Part shown: positions 1-11,189 of the stretch, in pieces
Numbering within the stretch: position 1 is the stretch's first letter
How the letters are laid out: every line of letters begins with the position of its first letter
Translations under genes and position numbers: made by a program
NCBI GenBank assembly: GCA_964247055.1
Contig: OZ176052.1
Coordinates: 4,712,001 to 4,776,000, forward strand
Direction: 5' to 3'
DNA length: 64,000 nt
Source of the DNA: Paragordius varius
Taxonomy: Eukaryota > Animalia > Nematomorpha
Notes under the pieces: model-generated
Told to the model about the DNA's origin: nothing
The model's input: the letters and a program-made list of their open reading frames with translations, nothing else
Database searches by the model: none

Positions 1-3000
1 TCCTCACCAAGGGTGGTGTTTTCTGCATGGTGTAAAAAAATATATTTAGTGATTTATTAAGTAAGTATTGAATCAAAATAATATAATACCTTTATTTAAT
101 AGAACACAATGGCTATCATCAAACAAATGATAGTTTTCGAAATAGGGATCTTCACATAAATCAATTTTTAACAAAATCATAAGTGCATATTGAGCTTTTT
201 TAAGCCTTATTACAATTTTTCTAAGAAATTTTTTTATGCGTAATAATTTGCTAAAATATATTTTAAAATTTCGAGAATAGAACAATGTTATGTGAAAAAT
301 AATCGCTCAAATATTGGAATTTGTAGAATGTGATTTTAAAATCCTTTATGGTAAAACCTTTGTCCATATTATTTGATGATATAGCGCTATTAATAATTAG
401 GGGTGTGGATTGCGAGGATTTAAATAGATCTATAGATCCAAGGGCTGATGATTGCATTTCCGAGTTAACAACTGACATCATCTCCAAACTGTTTATATTT
501 TTGTTTTCTAAAAAAAGCGCAAAAAAGAAAATTATATGCAAAACATTTTTCAAAAAAACTTTCTATTAACACAATTTAATGGCGAGAATAACCATATCCC
601 ACATTTACCCAATAAAAAATATGTAAATTTCTATATCCAAAAATTTATTTGGGACATTAAAACTAAACTTGAGGGCAGTTTATACTCGAGAAATTTTTAG
701 CTATTTTTAACAATGTTACAATCAAATTTGTGATAAAAGCACGTCATGACAAATAAAACAGAATTGTAAAAAAGATAATTTTCGGTTTAATCAGGCTATA
801 GGCGCTTTTTAATAAATAGTTTCATATGGATATACTTATATATGCGAATAAATAATATCATTCAAGAAGGCAAAATTTGATATCAAGCCACACAAAATTT
901 CTAGTGGTAAAAAAATTGGTTGAAAATGTTTAATAATATTTTTGTCCACACCTCTGAATCAAAGATTATAAAATATGTAGGAAATATATTATTAAAATAA
1001 ATTCACAAAAATTAAATGCTATTATCATGTGCCTTTTTTAACAAGAAAAATAATTTATTATATTTATCATTTTTGATATTTATACAATAGAAATATTGGA
1101 CCTATAAAAAAACTACCCTATATAAGTCATTTGCACATTCATAAGGGAGAAAACGGTTGAAATAAAATAATTTAAGAAAAACCTTTTTATGGTCTATAAC
1201 CAACATGCATAATCAAAAGCTTAAAGATATCACTTTATTAGTTGAAAGGCAAAACAATGTATATAATTTTATAACAAAACTAATATCGACCATATAATGT
1301 GCTAGAGCTATTTAAATTAGCAAAAATAATGGTGATCAACGGTGAAGTAATATTAAATTGGTCATATTTTTCCCTGAAAAATAATTATTCGGCATTTGCG
1401 GTGTTTTATATCGTCTATAACCCGATTAAAATACCCTTAAATATAAATAAAATTTGATGTTTTCATGGAAAAATTACAAAAAACTTATAGAAAGCGATGA
1501 TATTTCCATCCAACGGATACGTCGGCCGTTTCCCCTTTTTAACTGTTTAGTCATTTTACGAAGTAGTGTTAGTGTATATATTTGTTCGCGATATCATATT
1601 ATTCATTATTTTTATACGAAATAATTTTCCTCAAAATCACATTTCAAAAATATTTATTCTATTCTCATTCGTTAAATGGTCAAAATATTATCCCTTTTTA
1701 AAATAACTTCACAAAAACTATCCTTAAAAGTCCATGACAGAAACAAATGGGGGAAGTTTTACTATAAAATCGCTAAATGTTGTTAATAGACTACAAGCCA
1801 ACCAACCATAATAAAAGCTACAAAATTCGTAGCATTTATGGGTTAATTATCCCTTTTAACAGATGTGCCTCTATGAAATTTGTATCAAAACAAATTTTGT
1901 AAATTTTGAAAATCATAGGTTTGTATTAAACAAAAAAACGATGCACACTTATATTTGTTATAATGTTCGCAGATGTGCATATTTGAATACTTTACACTAT
2001 TATAATAATTTTACCAAAAAAAACCATAAAAAATAATTACGGAAGTTTGATATATATATATATATATATAAAACTGAGAAATATTATAATTGAAACCTAG
2101 TTTTCGTCCATAATCAATTTTATCAAAATTATTTTCAACAAAGCAATCTTGGCTCTCCAAAACATTATCATTTTCAGGCTCCATAATTGATTCTTCCACA
2201 TCTATTTCTTCAGCATTATGGCGTGACTTTTTATTTTTTTTATTATAATTTTCATACGCTTTTTGTCGTTGTTGTAAAGCCACGATACGTTTTTGTTTAA
2301 GGATTGGTAACAAACTATCTTGTAATGTATTGAAGTCTTTGATTTCGTCTTTTAAAATAATTAAATTAAAATTACAAATTTGGAGATAATGTTTAAAAAT
2401 TTCAAAAGTTTTATTCCGTATGGAATGCTTACAAATAAATATAATCCTTTTTAATAAATACTTAATTTTAGTTTGTTGTTAATTTTCTCATGACCCTTTT
2501 GAAGTAAGTTCTTGGTTATTTTTTCATTGCTTCTTTTTTCTGGATTCATTTTCTTCACTTGGGGTGTTTTATAGCTTGCATGCAGTGTAAATCGATTTTG
2601 AAATGATCGAAAATTAGTGTCAAAGTTTAAATTTGTAGGCCGAATTATATTTCGGGGATTTTTATCGGATACAATGGTTACATATTTCGAAGAGGTAATA
2701 TCATCGCATACATTATTCTCTTCAAATTTAAGCATTTCAGTATTTATCAATTTAGAAGCGTCGCGTGACAAGAAATTTGAAAAATCTAAGCGTTTTTTCA
2801 CAAAGTTGTTTTTAATCTTATCGGCGGGTTTAGTAATACTTTTAATTGGTAAATAAGGGGAGGTGGTAAATAAAGCTTCTTCATCGGAACTTTCGACATA
2901 GTCAATGTATGTTTTGGCTGTGTGAGATATTTTTCTATAAGATATAAATTAAATAAACTTAAAAGTAATATCTTTATGCAAACACTTAAACGAGTCAAAT

Positions 3001-3302
3001 ATTTTAATGTCTTGATCATCTAAAGTGCTTATTTCACCATTTTCTAGCTGTGATAGTGTTAATTTTGGAGGAACATGATAAGGTAAATTTATTTTTGATT
3101 CTAAATTATGGATAATATTTACTTCTTAAAATTTCTTGAGTCTTTCCATGTATTTCATTTAATGTATACTTTGTTTTTTTTACAGTTGGGCTATAATTTA
3201 TATCTTTTTCCGAATCAAATGCATCACCTATACAATATAATGTAATTTACAATAAAATTGTTTTGAAGGTTTAATAACATTAGGAAAATTTTCAACCAGC
3301 AT
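1..3302 (-). CDS. CLSPN: Claspin-like replication checkpoint protein, multi-exon, 3' end beyond the left edge; 5' end and the 2340-2460 junction unresolved
   Basis: Removing introns 3228-3250 (23 nt), 3101-3122 (22 nt) and 2935-2958 (24 nt) gives an open frame with LNEIHGKTQEILRKSKINLPYHVP, resembling the recalled Claspin motif [24 protein letters not shown]. Downstream ORFs 2451-2801, 2011-2313, 263-553 and 73-285 are charged or Ser-rich and lie on the same strand. Confidence 0.6.
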
Positions 3303-6036
3303 ATTTCATTCAAATACGGCGCCTAATATTGATTTTATCACAGGAATTTATGAACGAGCACATATCATTTGAAGTTTTCAACACCTCTAAATATACAATT
3401 TACCCATGAAGGTTAATTGATCCCATTACATTTTAAGCTTATTAACATATTGCGCGATACAAAATATATGTCTATCTATTTAATGGGATATGATACAATT
3501 ATATAGACAGAGTAAAAATTTATGACCGATTTTAAAGCGACTTTGTAACCCTTCATAGTTTTCTTATTTTAATATCAAACGATTTTCCGTTTGTTTAAAA
3601 TCGACCATTACGATTCAAAGGCGGAAATGGTTTTGGTTGCTTTTCTTCCAATACGCGTTTGTAAGCTGTTTCAACAAACGGTTAAACTCATAATATTTTA
3701 CCATTTTTAAAATATATTCTCAAATAAATCAACTGACTACGACATATAGAATATTTATATTATAGATGAAGCCAAATAATTTTCAAATTTATAAAATTTC
3801 CTTAATTTGTAATACTTAAATAACGATCGGCAATAATTTAGACGGGACATTTGACAAAATTTATTTTTTATGCGGTGTAAATATTTATCTGTTAACTTAC
3901 TAGCATAATTTTTATCTCTGGTTTTGTATCAAAATATTTGACAAAAAACTGTATTAAAAAATTCTAGTTTGGTCGCCAAAAGTTTTTCTTTCTAAGAATG
4001 TCTTTAACCTGGTTTCGATCCTTATTTAATTATTTTTGGTACCCGTTCCATTTTTTGGTTATTTTTTTAATGAGTTTTGTCTTTCGGGTCCAATTGAATA
4101 GCGGTTACGGCTTCCAAATCGGTTAGGAACCGTTTTAAATTTTTTTGGTTTTAAAAACTTTTCATAAATTTATTTGGAGGTTCAACAAATATGGTTCCGC
4201 TTCCGCTAATATATATTTTTAATATTATACAATAATTATAAATTAAAAAAATCTACATAAGTATACTAAAAAAGAAACATAAAATAAATAATATTAGTGA
4301 AATAGTTGGATTATTGCTGATTTTAATCATAAATAAATTCCGATGCGCATTTTGTAATTTTCGGGTTCTGCTTTGTAATAGTTTTAACTATCCAAAATGC
4401 ATAAACAAATTTAATAATTATATTGATGGAAAAGTACGCGTGAAGGTAAATTTGAATCGTTAGATTTTTTTCCGCACAAATTTCTAACAACTTTCATTAT
4501 TCGTTTTGATATACTCTTCATCCATTCTATAAAAACTTTTCATCAACGTTACATTTTTTTCATATTTGTTGGTTCTAGTATTTGTGGGAAGAGATAAATT
4601 TTATTCGTCTGAATCGAAATTACTAAAATTTATAAATTTTATGTTTGATGGTAGCGGTAAATTAAATTTATTAGACGCAATAAAAGTACTCAAGTTGAAC
4701 AAATGTAATTAATAACAAATTAAAAAATTGTTTTGCATTAGATTCAAGGTTTTCTTCGTTTGAGTTTTTGACTTTATTATATTCATAAATTTTTTACTAC
4801 CAAATATTTATTTTAGCAAAAAATATGATAGAACGATACGTCATTTAATTTGTTTTATGATTGGATATGAACTTAGAGTTTGGGATATATGCAACACTTA
4901 TTAAGCAATTGGTCATGCGCGTTAAAGATTTAAAGCTAAAAATTAGCTGTATAATAGATTTTTTTTAATATGCATTGCATTTGCCACGGAGCCATTTCGG
5001 CATCATGCTTTGAATTTTACTGATTTCCGCGTCGCAAAAAAAGGTTGGGTCGTTTATGTGGCGTCTGTTCAAAAAAATTGTAGCGGTTCTGTATATCTGA
5101 ACCGTTTATTAACGTAAAAACACTGAAGTAAACCTTAAAAATTTAAAAATGTCTCAAAATTTTTCATATCTAATGAATAAAATAGATCAAACCCTACATG
5201 GTACCTTTTGAGGTAGTTTTATTTCCCATAAACAATTAAATTTTAAATATCTTAAGAAAATATTTTTAGCATTGAACCAAAATATAAAATATGCTTTCTT
5301 TAGCCTTTTAAGCGCATTCAAAAAAAAATTTTCATAAATGTAAAATTAAAAAAATTCTCATCTCAAACTTTTTCGCCATTTTTTTAGATTATATTATGGT
5401 CGAAAATATTAATAAACAACTTTGAAAAGCTTTCAATTGCAATTTATTAATACATTTGATATTTTGTTCGTTTCAATCGTGTTGGAGCTATCTGAGCATT
5501 CTATAAGTTAAAAAATGTATGAATTCTATGTTTTTATCTTTACAGGAAAAGTGGTTTTGACAATTAAAATACCAAATCATCTTTTGGGTAGAAAACTAAC
5601 CCAAAATATCATCGTGAACAAAAGAATTAAAAGGTAATGAAATGTTAAAGACGTTTTACAAACAGCATGACTCTGGTAGCGCTGATTTATTTAATTTTTT
5701 AATTTAAACAAAAGTGTTAAACGAAAGTTTTCATGAAATAACTACTTCTTAAATGTCTTTGGGTAATTTTTAACCCTACAAGAAAATTCACTTTTAGATG
5801 ATTTTAATTGTATCTATTTAAGTTATTGAAGAAAATAAGTTTGAAAAAATTATTATTATTAAATATTACTCGTGTCTCTAAATATTCTTTGGGCTATAAT
5901 TGCATTATATGGCCAAAAAACGATTTTTTAATCTAAACTCTTGTTGTATGGTCCTTTTAAATTAAATCTTAATATATAATGTTTTGCCTAATTATGCTTA
6001 TAATGCGCTTATCTTAGAGTATTTTGATATTTATTA

Positions 6037-6281
6037 TACCATTTACAATTCAAATTCACCTTCGAAAATTCAAATTAACCCTTGAACAATTTTATCACCC
6101 TAAAATAAATTATGGGTTATCGGGCTAATATCACTCATCATTAATAAGAAATATATTCTTATGGCATATTTTATTAATTTTAAACGTAATTTCATTTTTT
6201 AAACAATATAAAAAAATATAAGTAATTTCTTATTTAAAAAAACATATAATTTATTTAGGGTGAATTGAACTGTAAATGGTA
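6037..6281. mobile_element. Tc1/mariner-type MITE, family A, copy 1
   Basis: Termini TACCATTTACA...TGTAAATGGTA in TA context. The internal sequence (gggctaatatcactcatcattaataagaaatatatt) is shared with copies at 13429, 58012 and 60230. No coding capacity. Confidence 0.75.
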
Positions 6282-7199
6282 TATATTTTCAAATTTATTA
6301 TGCGCAATCCGGTAATACACTGTGGTGATATTATTTCTATTACCTTTAATTAACGTCCTATTTACAACTAGATTTCATAAAAACATTTAATTTGATTCTG
6401 ATATCAATAAATAAAAAGATCAATTACCTTCCCAATTCAAATGAGATTTAAGGTAATTGATTTTGTACCCTAGGAAAAAAGAAATTTAGAGTGTTTGTTT
6501 ACATTGCAAACTATTACATTTAAACGTTTCCTCTTTCATTAGACACGGAATTATGAAAGATAAATGTATTGACTTTAAATAGTGTTAAGCATAAATTAAA
6601 CCATGGGGTAAAATTTTATATTACGTCACTTAATAATCCTGCTACAAAATGTCTAAATTACACCCTTTCAAAATTAAAGTTCACTTTCACTTTTAAGTAC
6701 ATTATACATGAGATTGAGTTGGAAATTAATTTTATATTTTTAACATATTTTTATATTAATTAACTTGTTATATCAAAACATATTATTCTATGTATACTAA
6801 TAATAAAAATTATATGATCATTAATTTTTAATAAATTTGATTGATTTTCCCGTGTAATTAATATATGGCTTCCCAATTTTTATTTTTATCACAATGATAA
6901 TGGTATATAATGAGAATATAATTTGTTTTTATACTACCAATCTGTTTTTATATGAAATAATAGATATAGTTTAATGGTTTCTATATTTCATTTTAGTTAT
7001 AATAATTGTCATTCCACCTATTATTATTATTATTATATTTTAACAATTAACAAAAGTAGATTTAGTAGTGATCATATTTCAAGGATTAACAAAAATGTAC
7101 ATTTTGTCTTTTCCTACATCTCTAAAACTATACAATCGCTAAAGGATGTAAGATAAATTTTGGTTCCAAGTGATTTTTCTTATATATATATATATACGC

Positions 7200-8612
7200 A
7201 TGAGTTCTCCCGAAATAGACCTTGATCAAGTCCTTGTACGATATTTCATTTTCTTGATTGTGTTTGGTGGCTTAGGCAATGGATTATTGTTTTACATGAT
7301 TCGACATATGAAACGGACAAATCAAATCGAAACTAAATACATGTTTTACATGATTGCATTGTGTTGTGGGAATGTGAGTATGCTTATCATACTCATTCCA
7401 TGGATCATACATGATATTCGCTCCATCGATAGTACAAACATTTACCCACGTGCCCTTGGTTTTTGGTTTGGTCGATTTGAATGGATATTTGAGGATAGTA
7501 TTACACTCTTTGTTAATGGCCTCTTGGCACTTATGGCTTTGGATAGGCTTTGTGCGGTACGGAGCCCATTCGCTTACAAAACATGGTTTAGCCTGAGCCG
7601 TATCAAATGCTACATATTCTTTATTTTGGTATTGAGCGTGTTGATAGCTTCACCCTATGCCTTGTACTACGATATCATTGAAATACAGAGAAACAATACG
7701 GTAACAATCTTACCTCATACTTTTTTGATGCATAATTCATCAACACAACATACCTTAATTCTACTGCCTACAGTCAACATAAGTCGCAATCATTTGACTT
7801 ACAAGTTTGACGAAATGGTACAAGAGTTAACTGTTGGATCTACGGGGTTTGTTTTGTCATTCAGGAATCGATTAACCAATTTCGCTACTATTTACGATAA
7901 ACTCGAGGCTGTGCTAGTTTATGTCTTACCAAGTCTCATAATAATTTGTGCCAATGTGATAACTATTATTTTATTTCGAAGACATAATAAAGCCAGAATA
8001 AGAGGTGGAAGCAGTTCTCGCATACAACCCATAAATAAAAATCCCGGTATATCTGCCATTTATAAACGATCGATTTACACGCTATCCGGGGTAACTTCTA
8101 CTTTACGTCGGGGTACACAACAAACTTCTAGTATTCTGAAAGGTAAAGGCGATCATTCCAAAACAGCAAATTATACTAAAAAACTTAATTTTCAGCTTCC
8201 AATACCTAATACGGGTCCTGTCTCCCCAGTTATTCCCGCACATTCAGAAGAAAAAAGTTCAACTTTTGGAAAAATCATTTCGAATTCAGGGAAACGGGCC
8301 ATAAATGCACGATCAAGGAATCGTGATTTAACCATCCTAACCATATGCCTTAATATCTCAGCCATTATATTTTCATTGCCTTGGACTATATTTGTCTTTC
8401 TTAAACCGCCGAGATGGGAAGATGGTTTTTTACCCGATTACACGGGTTTACAAATGTCAGTATACCTCTTGTTATATACTCAATACAGTGTTTATCCTTA
8501 CATTGTTATAATTACCTCACCGACATATCGATACCAATTGTTATCAATGTTTAAACGGGATGATGCACCTAGGAATCAAAATCTTTATACTACGGAAACA
8601 AGTTTACAATAA
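7200..8612 (+). CDS. Intronless rhodopsin-class (class A) GPCR, probably a peptide receptor
   Basis: Single ORF of about 470 aa from ATG 7200 with seven hydrophobic segments, GN in TM1, ALDRLCAV (DRY-like) after TM3, FSLPW in TM6, a long basic/Ser-rich third intracellular loop and YPYIV in TM7. Confidence 0.9.
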   Translation: MSSPEIDLDQVLVRYFIFLIVFGGLGNGLLFYMIRHMKRTNQIETKYMFYMIALCCGNVSMLIILIPWIIHDIRSIDSTNIYPRALGFWFGRFEWIFEDSITLFVNGLLALMALDRLCAVRSPFAYKTWFSLSRIKCYIFFILVLSVLIASPYALYYDIIEIQRNNTVTILPHTFLMHNSSTQHTLILLPTVNISRNHLTYKFDEMVQELTVGSTGFVLSFRNRLTNFATIYDKLEAVLVYVLPSLIIICANVITIILFRRHNKARIRGGSSSRIQPINKNPGISAIYKRSIYTLSGVTSTLRRGTQQTSSILKGKGDHSKTANYTKKLNFQLPIPNTGPVSPVIPAHSEEKSSTFGKIISNSGKRAINARSRNRDLTILTICLNISAIIFSLPWTIFVFLKPPRWEDGFLPDYTGLQMSVYLLLYTQYSVYPYIVIITSPTYRYQLLSMFKRDDAPRNQNLYTTETSLQ

Positions 8613-9017
8613 AATGAACTGCTATGTTTATTTCTTACTACCTATGCATGAAACATCATAATAAATGAAATCATCGTTTATTTACTCTTATAATTAATTT
8701 ATCTATTCTATATATAAGAATACATAATACATATACTAGATGAAATACATTGGTATATTAAAAAATATTGGGTCTAACTATGTATATAATTATTATAAGT
8801 TACATTTAATTAGATACATAGGATGTTATTATTTCCATAAAATTATTCCCTCAATAATAAACTTTGGATAATATTATCATGTTATTTTTTAAGATTATCA
8901 TACTACCTTTTTACTTAATAATGAGAAAATAATTACACGCACACACAACCAAAAATATGTGCTAATCATTAAAAACGACAAAATTGAATGATAAAATTTC
9001 TGTGCTATTTTTTAGAC

Positions 9018-9279
9018 CAGGGGATGTCCAATACATATGGCTTCGCGGGCCACATTTTGAAATCAAAAACTCCTTATGGACATTAACAAATATTTTATTA
9101 GATTTTTAACATTGACTGTAAAAACTACTATTTAATTTAACAATTTTTGCTAGTTCATTGTTATTCGGAAAGACTTTTGCCGAAAAGTTTTAGAAAATTT
9201 TACTTAGATTTCATGCTATTTTATTTTAAATTTCTCCCGAACTGCAAAAATATTGTGGAGGGCCGGATGTTGACCCCTG
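9018..9279. mobile_element. hAT (Charlie-like) non-autonomous element; related ends near 12310, 20550, 22958, 35670, 36280 and 52860
   Basis: CAGGGGATGTCCAA left end and GTTGACCCCTG right end, with GGCCC/GCGGGCC subterminal motifs. Termini resemble those of the hAT element at 32570. Confidence 0.65.
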
Positions 9280-10612
9280 GTTTAAGCTTTGAGCTATGTC
9301 CAAGTCAATGGTTTCTCGCCTGCGGGCATCCTATATTCTCAGGAGAAAGATGCTTTATTTTTTGCATATTGTAGAAAAATTTTATATTTAAATTTTGTAA
9401 TTTTAATTAATTAATTTAATTAATTAAAATAATATTAATTAAACTTTAAGAGATATAATAATCAAATAAACATAAAAAATAATGAAATAGGAAAATATTT
9501 AAGCAGGCAATACCGGGTAATTCCTGGACTCTTAAAAGAAACGATAAGTTTGGAATAAAAACGGTTGCCGCTTTAAAAAGGTTAACCTTTTAAATTCAAA
9601 GATCAGAACAAACCGCCTTACAACTGATTCAATGAGATATATCTTTAACTTATTTTAGCCAAAAAATAATTTTAAAGCTTACTTATTCAAAAATCTTTTA
9701 ATTTCACAAATAAAAAGGTGCTGAGCAATTAAAAAGTCGAATTTATGACCAAACTTGCTAGTAGAAAAAATAGAGGGCTCCGATAATTATTTTAAACATT
9801 TAAAGGTTTTATTAACTAAAAATATCGTTGTCTATTACGTGATAAAACAATATAAACATATATTTATGTTTTTCCATAAACTGTGTGCATAACTATGGGA
9901 CCGATTATAAACCACCGCTCCAAAGTATATTTTTGTTTCAAGCCTTACTTTCAAATTTAGGCTTTTGAAAATCGGAGAGAAGGGAAATAGTATTATTTTT
10001 ATTAATTTGGACAGGCCGAAAAAAAGAATTACAAGTCTGAATCTAAAATCATTTAATTTAAAACATCTTGCTTGGTCTAGATTACTAAGCGACGACGATA
10101 TTTTTGTTTAAATTTTTTACATAGGACAATAAAATTATATAAAGTTAAAGAAATAATATTTATGAAACTGTGATTATGGATTAATTGCGAATGAATATAT
10201 ATAGTATTTTTGATATTATAAGAATCAGTCTTCACAGAGTTCCTTATCTGTAATCACACTTTTTTTGTTGAAAACAATAATAATAATAATATCTTCTCAT
10301 AAATTTTATTTATAAATAGGACAAATGCTAGCACACAATTTTTTAGCAATAATTTTTAATTATTGCAGTCGAAAATTGCATAAGAACCATACAAGATTCG
10401 GTAATCTACAACATATATATATTACAAATTAATTTTCTTTTCGATAATACCATTTTATTTTGGTTTAACTATCAAAAGAATAGGTAAAATGTAATTATTT
10501 ATTTATTGAAGCGCGTCTTGATTGCTAGAATCACAAGTTATTAAACAAAAAAATAAATTTCAAACAAAAAAATCAAAATGCGGTATTATTGAGGTTTGAC
10601 TTCCTTCATATG

Positions 10613-10960
10613 TTAAAAATTGAATTTGTTACACGGGTTATTATTTTCACAATTCGCAAAATAATATAAATTTTCTGGTTTTGGTTCGCTGACAAATCTT
10701 TCCATACCATTGTAATCGTATTCATTAGTGTAGGCTACTGCTTCAACGTGCATTCCAAAATCTAATATATGAATAACACATTGTATATGTATCATATACT
10801 GAGAAGACATTTAGACCAAAATCCATCATTAAGCCTCCAAGTTACCATAAATAAAGCTTTAATAATAAATTTATAGGGTTAAGCATCTTTTTCCTTACCA
10901 ATTTTGCCACAACAAATACAAGATAAGAGGATAAAAAAAGGAACATGTCAAAAGGAAATT
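10613..10960 (-). CDS. Unassigned coding exons, possibly the 3' part of the vWA gene or a separate small gene
   Basis: Joining GT-AG bounded segments gives ...ALFMVTWRLNDGFWSKCLLNFGMHVEAVAYTNEYDYNGMERFVSEPKPENLYYFANCENNNP, which has protein-like composition. No family recognised. Confidence 0.3.
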
Positions 10961-11189
10961 TCAAAATTTCTGTTACCTTTTATCCCTTAATCAGACGATA
11001 ATAATTAATTAGATTTAATAAAATGTTTTTTTTGATCTTATAAAGGGCGCATTTCTCTCTCACTCTCTATTATCCCAATATGGCTTTAAATGTTATCTAA
11101 AATCATAACTATAAAGATGATTATCATGGTAATTGAATCGTTTAGGGAAGAATTAATACATCTCAAATATTTTGCTATTCAGCGACATC

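Noticed and set aside
3990-4030. GGTTTCGATCC as a tRNA T-loop
   Set aside because: No D-arm, anticodon stem or acceptor stem can be folded around it.
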